NCBI RefSeq assembly: GCF_001194135.2
Contig: NC_069004.1
Coordinates: forward strand, 23,098,803 to 23,162,802
Length of the DNA: 64,000 bases
Direction of reading: 5' to 3'
DNA from: Octopus bimaculoides
Taxonomy: Eukaryota
Below, piece by piece: positions 53,090-64,000 of this stretch. The notes under the pieces were generated by a model that saw only the letters and a program-made list of their open reading frames with translations, had not been told where the DNA came from and did not search any database. The stretch's first letter is position 1. Each line of letters starts with the position of its first letter. The position numbers and the translations under genes were made by a program.

Positions 53090-53412
53090 ATCTGGGTTCA
53101 ATCCACTGCGTGGCACCTTGAGTGTCTTCTACTATAGCCTCGGGCTGACCAAAGCCTTGTGAGTGGATTTGGTAGATGCAAACTGAAAGAAGCCCTTCGT
53201 ATATATGTATGTATATGTGTGTGTGTGTGTGTATGTGTTTGTTCCCCCAACATCGCTTGACAACCGATGCTGGTGTGTTTACATCCCTGTAACTTAGCAG
53301 TTTGGCAAAAAAGACCGATAGAATAAGTACTAGGCTTACAAAGAATAAATCCTGGGGGTCGATTTGCTCGACTAAAGACGATGCTCCAGCATGGCCGCAG
53401 TCAAATGACAAA
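53090..53412 (+). mobile_element. CORE-type octopus SINE, young copy; same family at about 2300-2770, 6870-7082, 9190-9490, 32840-33330, 45000-45340, 46090-46580, 57270-57520, 58165-58305, 61140-61560
   Basis: tRNA-like head, ggcaccttg(ggcaa)gtgtcttctactatagcc core, internal (AT)/(GT) microsatellite, and a ccagcatggccgcagtcaaatgac tail. Confidence 0.8.
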
Positions 53413-56021
53413 CAAAAGAAAAAAAGAAAGAATATATACTATATATATATATATACATACACACACATATATATATACACACACATACATACATACATTA
53501 TATATATATACGTACATTATATATATATATACATACATTATATATATATATATATATACATACATTATATATATATATACATATATATACACACACATAC
53601 ATNNNNNNNNNNATGAAAGTCATACATACAAAAGAATTAACAACAATTAAATAAGCAGTGTATATAATACTAAGGAAAAAAATTAAACTAAGCAAAAAAA
53701 AAAAAGTAATAAAAATAATGAAGGTCAAAAAATAAACAAGAGTGCATTAAAAAGAATTTTATTTTTGTTGAATTTTCCTTTAAAAAGACGAGGACAAAAG
53801 CCAAAAACAAAGTCCTGAATCAGTTTTTTTTTTAGTTTACATAATTTTTTTGTTTTTTCTTCTTTCTTTTCTTTCAATTTTGTAAATCAGAAGTGGAGGA
53901 AAAAGAGATTTTTGAAATAAAAAAATAAAAATAAAAAAATAAGAAGAAAAAATAGATTGGTGGGGAGTCACAGCAGCACAAGCATTTTCATTGTGACTCC
54001 TGTGAGAAATTTTGTGCAAATTGTGCTAACACTATTTTTAAAAGGTTTCAAATTTTTTTTTTCTAGACTCACAAATAACAATCCCAGATTCCCAAATCCC
54101 TGTTTGGATGACATGAGAAGTAACAAAAAGATTTGTTTTAGGCAGGAAATTAAAAAGAAAATAATAATAATAGTAATCTTTTCTACTATAGGTACTAGGC
54201 CTGAAATTGGTAGGGGAAGGGCAGGCCAGTTACACAAACCCAAAAGGATGAGAGGCAAGGTTGACCTGAACAGAATTTGAACCCAGAATGTAAAATCAGA
54301 CACCATTTGGTGCTAAGAATTTTATCCAGTGTGCTAACAATTCTGTCAGCTCAATGATTTAAATAATTCTTATTTTGCCACAGGGCCGACAATTTTAGGG
54401 GAAGGTGGACTAGTTGATTAAATCGACCCCAGTGCTCAACTGATAACTTATTTCATCAATCCCAAAAGAATGAAAGGCAAGGTCAACCTCAGCAGGATTT
54501 GAACTCAGTCAGAATGCAAAGAGCCAGAGGAAATGCTGCAAAAGCATTTTGTCCAGCACATTGACAACTCTGCCAGCTCTCTGCCTGGATGATGATGATA
54601 ATAATAATAATAATAAATTGATTCAAACAGATGAAGGTATTAGTCCCAGAGTAGTCAATAAAAGTAAATATAAAACTAAAATACAATAAAAAATAAGATA
54701 GTGTTTGCTATATATTATCATAAAACGTAATAAACATTTGTGCATAAACATTTTCAATAATCAAATACATCAAATATCTCCATATTTTAAATAATAATAG
54801 TGTTAACAATTGTGTGTGTGTATTTGTTTTGCAAGGTTCTTGATGTAGATATTGTTACACTTAAGGATAGTCACATTTTGCCAATTAAACACATGCACAA
54901 TATTTGGTCTTCACTTCATTATTATTATTTTCGTTTCTTTGTTAAAGTTCTTTCATCAGACATTCTGTGGTAAGAAACACAAAATGGAAGAAGCAGAATA
55001 AGAGGAGACATGTGAGATAGAGTGTTGCTGAAGAGGTCATAAAATGTGTGAAGAAAGAGCTTTGACAAAGAAACTAAAGATAATAATAATAATAAAGCTA
55101 AAATGAAGATCAAATAAATAGTACGTGTTTAATTGGCAAAATATGACCATCCCCAAGCGGAACAATATATATATATAAACACACACACACACAAATGCAT
55201 ACAAACACTTGTATGTTTATTAATAATTAATAGTAGACTGTAATATATTTATTTGAAGGTAAAGATTACATGGTTTATAGGTTTGAGTTTTATCATCATG
55301 GATTCATCCAAGTAGTGTGGCAAAATGTGAGGATGATTCCATTCAGATTAGCCATACATTTTTTTCCCTACACAACCTAATGAAGCAGCTATGGAGAGAT
55401 TTCATTTGCAGCATAAGCATGTAATCTTCAGCTTCAAATATACATACATATATATATATATATATTTATGTATATCTATATCATTTAGCATGCATGTTCC
55501 TTGCTGGCATGAGCTGGATGGTTCAACAGTATCAGATTAACCTGAGGACTGTGCTGGTTTTCAGTGTCTGTAGAAACCTTGGCAAGCCAGACACTGGAGA
55601 CTAACACAGTCTTCAGTCTAATCAAATACGATTGAAGCATGCAACCAAGAAACATGGGTGTTAAATGATGATGTGTGAATGTATTTATGGATGCATTACA
55701 TATATACAGACATATATATGTATAAATACATATATATATATATATATAATACATAAATATATATGTATATATATATACACATATATATGTATATATATAT
55801 ACATATATGTATTTATACATATATGTGTGTGTATATATATATATATATATACACATATATATATGCATATATGTATATACACACACACACATATATATAT
55901 ACATATATTACATACATACATACATATATATATAATGAACACTGGTATAAACCGGAGGACTAGGATGCAAACATCCCTTAAAGGATGATAGGTCCTTGGC
56001 ATGATATACATACATATACAT

Positions 56022-56062
<41 letters not shown>

Positions 56063-56134
56063 GTTAATCATTTACAAAAATAAATCTTATACAGACTTTT
56101 ATCATTATTCACCTTATTCAAGAATCCGTTGTTG

Positions 56135-56140
56135 TTTATT
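56135..56140 (-). promoter_or_regulatory. Candidate NPEPL1 polyadenylation signal (AATAAA)
   Basis: An AATAAA on the minus strand about 430 nt downstream of the stop codon; position only, no transcript data. Confidence 0.35.
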
Positions 56141-56564
56141 AACTTTTAAATACAGATATACAAAAAGAAACTGAAGGGAAGGAGGGAAAATAGCTGTTGG
56201 AAGGGGTCAAGAAGAACAGGGTTAGTGAGAGAGTGATAGAAACAAGTAGCAGGGGGGAGAGGGGAGGAAGGCAGTATGTGTATACATGTGTGTGAGAAAG
56301 GGGTAGAGCAAGAGAGGGTGTGTGAAAGTATTATTAATACACTAAAATGTCTACAGGTTTGCTATGTGATGAACTATAATTATTTTTGCTGTTGTAATTG
56401 TTGTTGTTGTTATGAAGGAGGAGAAAAAGGCTAGGTAGCAGTAGCAACAGGAAGTCTTGGCTTGGCTACCCAAATTCTGGTTTGGTACAAGCAAATGGCA
56501 TAGAACAAATCCACGCAAAGGAGAGGCAGGGCTTGCCAATTTTTGGTTTGTGTTTGCTTCGTTT

Positions 56565-56717
56565 TCATTCTAAGCGAATTCTTTTGACTTCATTTTCTTC
56601 AATATCCATTGAGTTCTCTACTAAAGGTGGTGCTACATACTGCAACAAGGAATTTGAAGAACCCTCTCCAAGCAGTGTTGCCAGAAGAGCAACTCCATAA
56701 CCAGTAGCACGTTCTCC
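56565..56717 (-). CDS. NPEPL1: NPEPL1 last coding exon, GERATGYGVALLATLLGEGSSNSLLQYVAPPLVENSMDIEENEVKRIRLE*
   Basis: Pyrimidine-rich acceptor ending cag, TGA stop at 56567-56565. 'GERATG(F/Y)GVALL' and the basic C-terminal tail match NPEPL1. Confidence 0.95.
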   Translation of the reverse strand, partial: GERATGYGVALLATLLGEGSSNSLLQYVAPPLVENSMDIEENEVKRIRLE

Positions 56718-57842
56718 CTGAAAAATAAAAAAAATCATAATAATAATGATGATGATTTCAAATTTTGGCACAAGGCCAGCAATTCCAGGTATGGGGATAA
56801 GTGAATTGACCCAGAAAGGATGAAAGTCAAAGTCAACCTCAGTGGAATTTGAACTCAGAATGTAAAGATGGATGAAACGCCACTAAACATTTTGCCTGGT
56901 GTACTAAGGGGTCTGTTAGCTTGCTGCCTTCAATAATAACGATAATGATTTCAAATTTTGGCACAAGGCCAGCAATTTTAGAGAAAGTGGTCAGTTGATT
57001 ACATTGACCTCTGTGTTCAACTGGTACTTATTTTATTGACCCTGAAAGGATGTAAGGCGAAGCTGACCTTATGAATTTCAACTCAGAATGTAAAGATGGA
57101 CAAAATGCAACTAAGCATTTTGCCCAGTGTGTTGATGATTCTGCCAGCTTGCTGCCTTCAATAATAATAATAATAATAAACACATTTTCAGCCATGACCA
57201 ATTCCCTTTCTTTTACAGGAATCTTGAACTATGCCATCTTATGAATCTTTTCTCATTTGTTTTTAAGCCAGGCACTTATTCTATTGGTCGTTTTTGCCGA
57301 GCTAAGTGACAGGGATGTAAACATACCAACACCATCAAGAGGTGATGGGAGACACTCACACACACGACAGGCTTCTTTCAGTTTCCCCCTACCAAATCCA
57401 CTCAGGGCTTTGGTTGGCCCAAAACTATAGCAGAAGACACTTATCAAAGGTGCCACACAGTGGGACTGAACTCAGAACTATGTAATTGGGAAGCAAGCTT
57501 CTTACCACATATCCATGCCTGTGCCTCTTTTACTAAATTTTACTTCAAATCTTATTCCAAACATGAAATAACATCATTGTTAGTGTTTAAAAACCGTTTG
57601 GAGGTGTTGTGAAAGTTAGGGGGACAAGTTGGGGTCTCAGTATGAAACCCTTTGTTTCTTGTATGTTCTATTATTCATTTAGCACAATGTTTCTTTGGAA
57701 CCTAACAGCCATGATAAACAAGGATAGATATACCACAAGCGGAAAAATGATAAAAGTAAGGTAGTCAATGCACTATGAAACATGTCTATTTTATTTTTCT
57801 GTGTAGTTAGAAGACAGCGATGGTGTATTCACATTTGTTTAA

Positions 57843-58051
57843 CCCTTTAGCATATATCCGACCTAAATATTCTACCTGCTTTATGTTCAAACTGGCCAAA
57901 TCCAGCCTCTGATACCCACCCTACAATGCCATTCTAAAAGTAAATAATCACATCATTGAAATCTCAAAGCTATGAAATTATGCATGCTTCATTCAAAACA
58001 ATGAGAATAAATAAGCATTATGTTTGCCAGAACAATCTGAATGCTAAAGGT
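57843..58051. mobile_element. piggyBac-type MITE in NPEPL1 intron
   Basis: TTAA flanks (57839-57842, 58052-58055); ccctttagcat / atgctaaaggt TIRs. Confidence 0.75.
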
Positions 58052-58768
58052 TTAAAGTTCAAAAGTTTTAAAACTAGTTTATTTTAAATTCATTTTAAGT
58101 TTTCTAACACATGCTGTCTTGTGTATAAATATTTACCATATTTATACATAAACAGCCAAATAAGGTGTGGCTGAGAAGCTAACTTTTCAACCATGTGGTA
58201 TCAGGTTCAGTCCCACTGCACAGCACCTTGCGAAAGTGTTTTCTACAATAGCTATGGGCTGAGCAAAGCTTTGTGAGTGGATTTGATAAACAGAAACTGA
58301 AAGAATCTACCCTCCGCCTCTTCCTTTAACGTCCATTTGTCATTGTTGGTATGGTATGGCCAGTTTGACCAGAGTTGGCAAGCTCTCTGCACTTGGTTCC
58401 AGTCTGATTTGGCTTGGATGTCCTACACATGTATGTATGTATGTATGTATGTTTGTGTATACCCTTGTCTTGACATCATGTGATAATTGTGAACAAGTGT
58501 CATTACTATACAAGCAATGTTGTTCATTTCCAGTCTTCATGTTTGAGGACAAGTGAGGGTTGGTGATAGCAAGTGCATCCAGCCACAGAAAAATCTACTT
58601 CAACAAATTGTGCCTGACCCATGCAAGCATGGAAAAGCCATGTGATGGGATTTTGTAGTGTCTTGTATTATAGTACAATACACTTGCCAATGTAGAAGAA
58701 TCAGTCATAACTATAAAGTTACAAAAACACACACACACTTTGAAATAAGAAAACATCTCTTTACTTAC

Positions 58769-58879
58769 AGAATAGACTGGAAATGCCATATCTATATGTA
58801 ACCAGATACCGGAATAATCAAATCCTAAACTTGAAGCTATAAAAAGGCCAGCACATGAAACTTGGGCATTACTTCGATC
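58769..58879 (-). CDS. NPEPL1: NPEPL1 internal exon, DRSNAQVSCAGLFIASSLGFDYSGIWLHIDMAFPVYS
   Basis: Acceptor tattatttcag, donor gtaagt, 111 nt, phase 0/0. Carries the M17 C-terminal 'SCAGLFI...W.H.D.A' motifs. Confidence 0.95.
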
Positions 58880-59689
58880 CTGAAATAATAGAAAACAATT
58901 ATCACTTAACTGCTTTTGTACATCACAAGTTCTATGTATAAAAGATAAAATCAGATCTGCTTGTCTCCAATACACTCTGCCATAAACTTCTCTGTATTAT
59001 CAATCATCAATCTCTCTCTCTCTTGAACCACTTGTTGTTACTGACAGCCATCACTCTTTTACTATCTTCACTCTGTTTTTGCCACCATACTTTTACTCAA
59101 TTCACTTACTCACTCACTCTGGTTCTTCAATCAAGGTTTTCTCTTCTATTGACCTTTTTGGTCATGTTGCCTTGAATAAATGAATACCTCATAAAGTAGT
59201 GAGGACTCTGTGTAGTCATATGAGGTACAAGGCAACCCTACTAGGAATAAATGCATTCAAGACCCTCAGTAAAGTGACTGGCAAATGAGCAGAAACAGTA
59301 CAGGATCAAGCAGACCCTTCACCCTAACTGAAGTCATTGATAATCTTCCTAATGTTGGGGCCATTATAAAATGCATCCTACTTCTGGTAGGTTTTAAGAA
59401 AAGCACTGTCATACAAAATATGCCAAAAATGGAACATAGAGTGATATGTGGTTGTTAAACCAATGTCAGAGTCCAGTAATTTCAAAAAGGATAACTCAGA
59501 CCATGATAAGCCTCATCTAAACTAGGCCAGCATGGAAAATGGATAGATGATGATGATGATGATGATGATATACTAATCTTTTCTTTAACAACAAAAAGAC
59601 ACAATTAGTACACATAAAAAAAAATCACATCATCCACCTTCCCTCATGACATCTCAATCATTAATAAAATGTAACTAAAATTCCTCATA

Positions 59690-59830
59690 ATTACTTCAAA
59701 TCCAAGGCCACACCAACATTGAAGGCTGCATTACAAAGAAATGGCCTCCATCTTCAGCCTCCAACTATTACTAATCCTATACAAAGCTTTGGTGAAACAC
59801 ACAATGGAGCACTACAACCACATTTAGAAA
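59690..59830 (+). mobile_element. CR1/L2-like LINE fragment
   Basis: 'LLILYKALVKHTMEHYNHI' (cf. LL.LYKALVRP.LEY). Confidence 0.5.
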
Positions 59831-60031
59831 GATTTTGCTACTACAACACACTGGCACTCTGTCAATTAGGATGACAAGGGTCCCAGTTGATCCAAACAAC
59901 ACAACAGCCTGTGCATGAAATTAACATACAAGTGGCTGAGTACTCCACAGACACACATACCCTTAACGTAGTTCTCAAGAAGATTCAGTGCGACACAAAA
60001 TGTGACAAGGCTAGCCATCCATTTAAATTAC

Positions 60032-60294
60032 TGTGGAGGTGTGTGGTTTAGCGGTTAGTGTGTTAGACTCATGACCGTAAGATTGTGGTTTCGATTCTTG
60101 GACCAGGTGACGCATTGTGTTCTTGAGCAAAAACACTTTGTTTCACATTGCACCAGTCCACTCAGCTGGCAAAAATGAGTAATCCTGTGGTAGACCAGCG
60201 TTCCGACCAGGTGGGGAATTTATATGCTGTGGGAGCCAGGAAACTATCCCTTATGAGCTGGTATGACTCAAGAAGGTAACTTTCCTTTACTTAC
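60032..60294 (+). mobile_element. SINE nested inside another SINE (outer copy about 59830-60440)
   Basis: The outer element is interrupted, with imperfect TSD tttaaattac / tttgaattac. The inner family also occurs at about 2830, 23960 and 43145. Confidence 0.6.
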
Positions 60295-60661
60295 TTTGAA
60301 TTACAGGTACAACTCATTTTTGTCAGCTGAGTGGATTGGAACAACATGAAATAAAGTGCCTTGCTCAAGAACACAAGTGGCCAGGTATTGAACTTACGCC
60401 CTTATGATCATGAGCAAAATACCCTAACCACCAAGCCATGCACACACACACACAGAGTGAAAATTAAGAAGAGAGAGGGTTAAAAGAAAATAAGTGTATA
60501 AAATGGGACAAAGGACAGAGATAATTGGAAGAGTTAGATAATTAAACTATTTTTATTAAATGCAAGGAAATTAAAAAATCTTAGAAGCAAAATATGTATA
60601 TATATATTAGACAATGAGACAACAGACATTTTTAAACAAATATATATATACTCATACTTAC

Positions 60662-60825
60662 AGCAACAGAATTTTTCATGTCAGCTAAAGCACTAGAAAA
60701 TTCAACAAAATGCAATTCCGGAGTGTATGGCATTGCGTGTACAAGATCACCACTGACACGGCCAGCTTTTAAACAAGCATTTTCCCAATTCTCATTATTG
60801 GTTACTATACCTGCATGGAAACGAC
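60662..60825 (-). CDS. NPEPL1: NPEPL1 internal exon, (G)RFHAGIVTNNENWENACLKAGRVSGDLVHAMPYTPELHFVEFSSALADMKNSVA
   Basis: Acceptor ttttccccag, donor gtaagt, 164 nt, phase-compatible with both neighbours. 'GDLVH..Y.PELHF.EF.SA.ADMKNSVA' is characteristic of NPEPL1. Confidence 0.95.
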
Positions 60826-61301
60826 CTGGGGAAAAAAAAAAATTCAAAGGTAAAAAAAAAAAAAAAAAGGAAACTGCATTGGTAATTATTTTGTTTGCTG
60901 CAGTTATAAACAAAACCTTGAAGCTGTTGTTAGATTCATTAGCCTGGGGTACCTCAGGCCCAAAACACACAACAATATCAAAACACCAGCTGTCCCAGAG
61001 TCTCTCGTGCTGATAAATTGAGTGTCTTGCAAACACACATTTATCATGAAGAGGAAGGTTTTCTATGACAAAACACAACAGCAATTGGCACAGTCATATT
61101 TGAATCTACCAGAAGGCATTAAAAATAAATATGCAAGGTGCAGGCGTGGCTCTGTGGTAAGAAGTTTGCTTCCAAACCACATAGTTTCGGGTTCAGTCCC
61201 ACTGCATGGCACCTTAGGCAAGAGCCGTCTACTATGGTCTTGGGCCGACCAATGCCTTATGAGTGGATTTGGTAGATGGAAACTAAAAGAAGCCTGTCAT
61301 A

Positions 61302-61334
<33 letters not shown>

Positions 61335-62428
61335 CATCATTTAACATTCGTTTTCCATGCTGGCATAAACAGTGGTGGGAAACAAACATAGAAAACATAG
61401 ACACAAACTGTTGTTGATGTGTTTATGTCCCTGTAACTTAGTGGTTCAGCAAAAGAGACTGAAAGAATAAGTACCAAGCTTAAAAAACAAAACAGTAAGT
61501 ACTCAGGTTGATTCATTTGGTTCAAAATTCTGCAAGGAGGTGTCCCAGCATGCTTTGCAGTTTAATAATTGAAACAAGATAAAGTCATCCTTTTGACTCT
61601 TGCTGTTCACCTTGCATATGATGATCTATTAAATAAGAAACTATAATCTAATCCATTAGGTGAGGGGAACCTTTACATGATCACTTGACTTGCTAGAAAT
61701 AGCAATGACTTATCCTTCAGATTTCACCACAAAACTCTAAAAGGCAGGATGACTGTGGATAGAATGGTTTTGATTGTAAGTTTGCTCAATCAGAGTTCCC
61801 TTTTGGCTCAACAAAAACCGCCTTCTTTTCTGAAACTTAATTTAGAGAAGATTCTTTAGTTGTGAAGCGGGCAGAGCAACCTCTTCAGTGGTGATGCTAC
61901 ATCTTGTGCATTCTGTAAAATGACTGCTGATCAGAGACAACAGAGTGAAGAGAGGTCTGTTTAGTCTTGTTGAGTACATGACAATTTCTTTAGTGCAGGT
62001 GCTAAGCTAAAAAGCATGCAGTACACTCTGTGAAGAGATTGGGGTTAGGAAAGATACTAATCTGTAAAAACTACGCTAAAAATGCAACATATAATTGAAA
62101 TTTAGTCCTCTGATTTATTTAAGTAAGCAGTAACTCTAAGTAAGAATTCTAAGTAATTTGAACAATAATGATCTAACCAACATGGAAAGCAGACAGAAAA
62201 TGATGATTAGTGTATCTAGGGTTACATTATCCAGTGTGACCTTTCTTTTATAATACAAAAGGATTTAACAAAGAATTGTCTGTTTGTTGCAGGTTATGCA
62301 ACCATGAAGAGGTTTCCTTGTTGGATTACAATAGAAAATATGGGCTGCGGTTGGGTGTGGGGAAAAGATGTTAGAAGTAAAAAGTTAAAATAAGAAAGAA
62401 AAAAAAAACCAAAATGTTCTTTACTTAC

Positions 62429-62510
62429 CAGTTGCCACTCCCTGAGCCCCTGTCAGAGTAGCAACATCTATCACAATATCAGCTTTGAGGTCTTTTTGTG
62501 CATAAGCCAC
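62429..62510 (-). CDS. NPEPL1: NPEPL1 (M17 aminopeptidase-like 1) internal exon, VAYAQKDLKADIVIDVATLTGAQGVAT+G
   Basis: Acceptor ttcctcacag, donor gtaagt, 82 nt (phase 0 in, 1 out). Contains the M17 'D.ATLTGA' motif and matches remembered NPEPL1 sequence (VSYACKDLGADIILDMATLTGAQGIATG). Confidence 0.93.
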
Positions 62511-63739
62511 CTGTGAGGAAAAAAGAGATGCCATTATTAGCTAGTAACAGATAAGGCAGCAAGCTGGCAGAATCATGAGCATGCTTAGTGGCATTTTACC
62601 TGTCTCTGTGTTCTGAGTTCAAATTCCACTGAGGTCAACTTTCACATCGAGCCTTTTGGGGTCAATAAAATTGACTTATCCCCTACCCCAAACTTGCTGG
62701 CCTTGTGCCAAAATTTGAAACCATCATTTGCTAGTAGGTGTATATGATTGGGATATTTATAGCTATTAAATGGAATGTGTGTAGTGCATGCTGTAAAGTG
62801 GCTGGCAATAGAAAGGACATTCAGGCATACTAAAAAAAATACCATGACCGAGACTGATAGCATTCCTTTTGTTGTTGTGGGTATTATATGATGAAGTGAA
62901 AGTATGTGGCCTAGTGGTTGGAGTTGGAGTGGGAGCAGGGTGTTCTGTTGATCAGATCAACTGGAACCCTCGTCATCATAACTGACAGAGTGCAATAAAG
63001 TACTGGGATGAGTGGGGAGATGCTGTCATTGAACCCCAAAACAGTGCAGGCACAAAGATGATGATGAATACAACATACAAGCAAGTAACATTCTGTCATG
63101 CCTCGTCATCATCTTTTAAGATCCCATCCTCCATGCTGGCAGGGGTTGGACAGTTTGACAGGAGCTGGCCAGCCAGACAGCTGCTCAGGTTCCATTTATC
63201 TGTTTTGGTTTCTACAGTTGGACACCCTTCTTAACGCCAACCACTTTACAAAATGTACTGGGTGCTTTTATGTGACACTGGCACAGGTGCGTTTACTGGC
63301 ACCAACACCTATAAACCCACAAGACTAGGATCTCTTGACAGAGATAGATGCAGAGGACACGCCTGTGTTTATATATCATCATCATTTAACACCCATTTTC
63401 CATTACTAGATACTCTTCCTGTCACCAATCCTCTCTTGTTTTCAAACAAGACAATATTTCCTCATGGAAATTTATTTTTTGTATAATGATGATACTCATT
63501 AACAATCAACATACAATATCAGGATAAGGTTACAAGCATACACAGACATACATACATGTGCACATGTACAATGAGCTTCTTTCAGTCTGTGTCTACCAAA
63601 CCCACTCACAAAGCTTTGGTCAGCCTGGGGCTCTAGTAGAAGACAACTAAAGTGGTGCGCAGTGGGATTGAAACCACATTAGTTGGGATGCTTCTTACCA
63701 ACCCAGTCATGCCTATATGTAAGTATGTATGTATGTATG

Positions 63740-63772
<33 letters not shown>

Positions 63773-64000
63773 ATACATACATATATATACATATATACAT
63801 ACATATACATATATACATACATATATATACATATATACATACATATACATATATACATACATATACATATATACATACATATATACATACATATACATAT
63901 ATACATACATATACATATATACATACATATACATATATACATACATATATACATACATATATATACATATATACATACATATATATATATACATATACAT

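Noticed and set aside
53957-54306. Overlapping ORFs of about 110 aa on both strands
   Set aside because: AT-rich sequence running into SINE copies; no recognisable domain or phase-linked neighbouring exons.
62512-64000. Upstream NPEPL1 exon with the NTDAEGRL metal-binding motif
   Set aside because: Not found in this interval; presumably beyond the window.

Overview
Repeat-dense animal genomic DNA, most likely an octopod cephalopod. This is inferred from the SINE families, the extreme (CA)n/(AT)n/(AAT)n/(GA)n/(GAT)n microsatellite load and the short-read-style N gaps. Two minus-strand genes can be supported. (1) The last four coding exons of NPEPL1, an M17 leucyl-aminopeptidase family member (62510-62429, 60825-60662, 58879-58769, 56717-56565). 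All are GT-AG and phase-consistent; the 5' part lies beyond the window. (2) A roughly 39-kb multi-exon gene that I assembled by hand, with an SQ-rich N-terminus and a long C-terminal coiled coil. Its well-supported exons are 37299-37188, 14933-14846, 12778-12696 and 5419-5138, with a probable start exon at 43638-43543 and a CpG-retaining promoter region near 44-45 kb. Its architecture suggests, but does not prove, an IHO1/Mer2-type meiotic protein. The rest is transposon debris: mariner and DD37D/maT Tc1-mariner copies with TIRs and TA TSDs, a hAT-Charlie deletion derivative with a perfect 8-bp TSD, a Helitron helicase half with its CTAG end, RTE, R4/Dong, Tx1 and Penelope-like retroelement fragments, piggyBac-type MITEs and several SINE families. 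The most unusual non-coding signals are degenerate hammerhead-ribozyme motifs (about 1.8 and 6.7 kb), a 205-bp intronic palindrome (34.7 kb), short locally templated insertions and a 45-bp compound minisatellite. I found no CRISPR array, rRNA or genuine tRNA. No clearly new biological system is demonstrable from sequence alone. Exon and TIR/TSD coordinates were counted by hand; boundaries of degenerate repeats are approximate.
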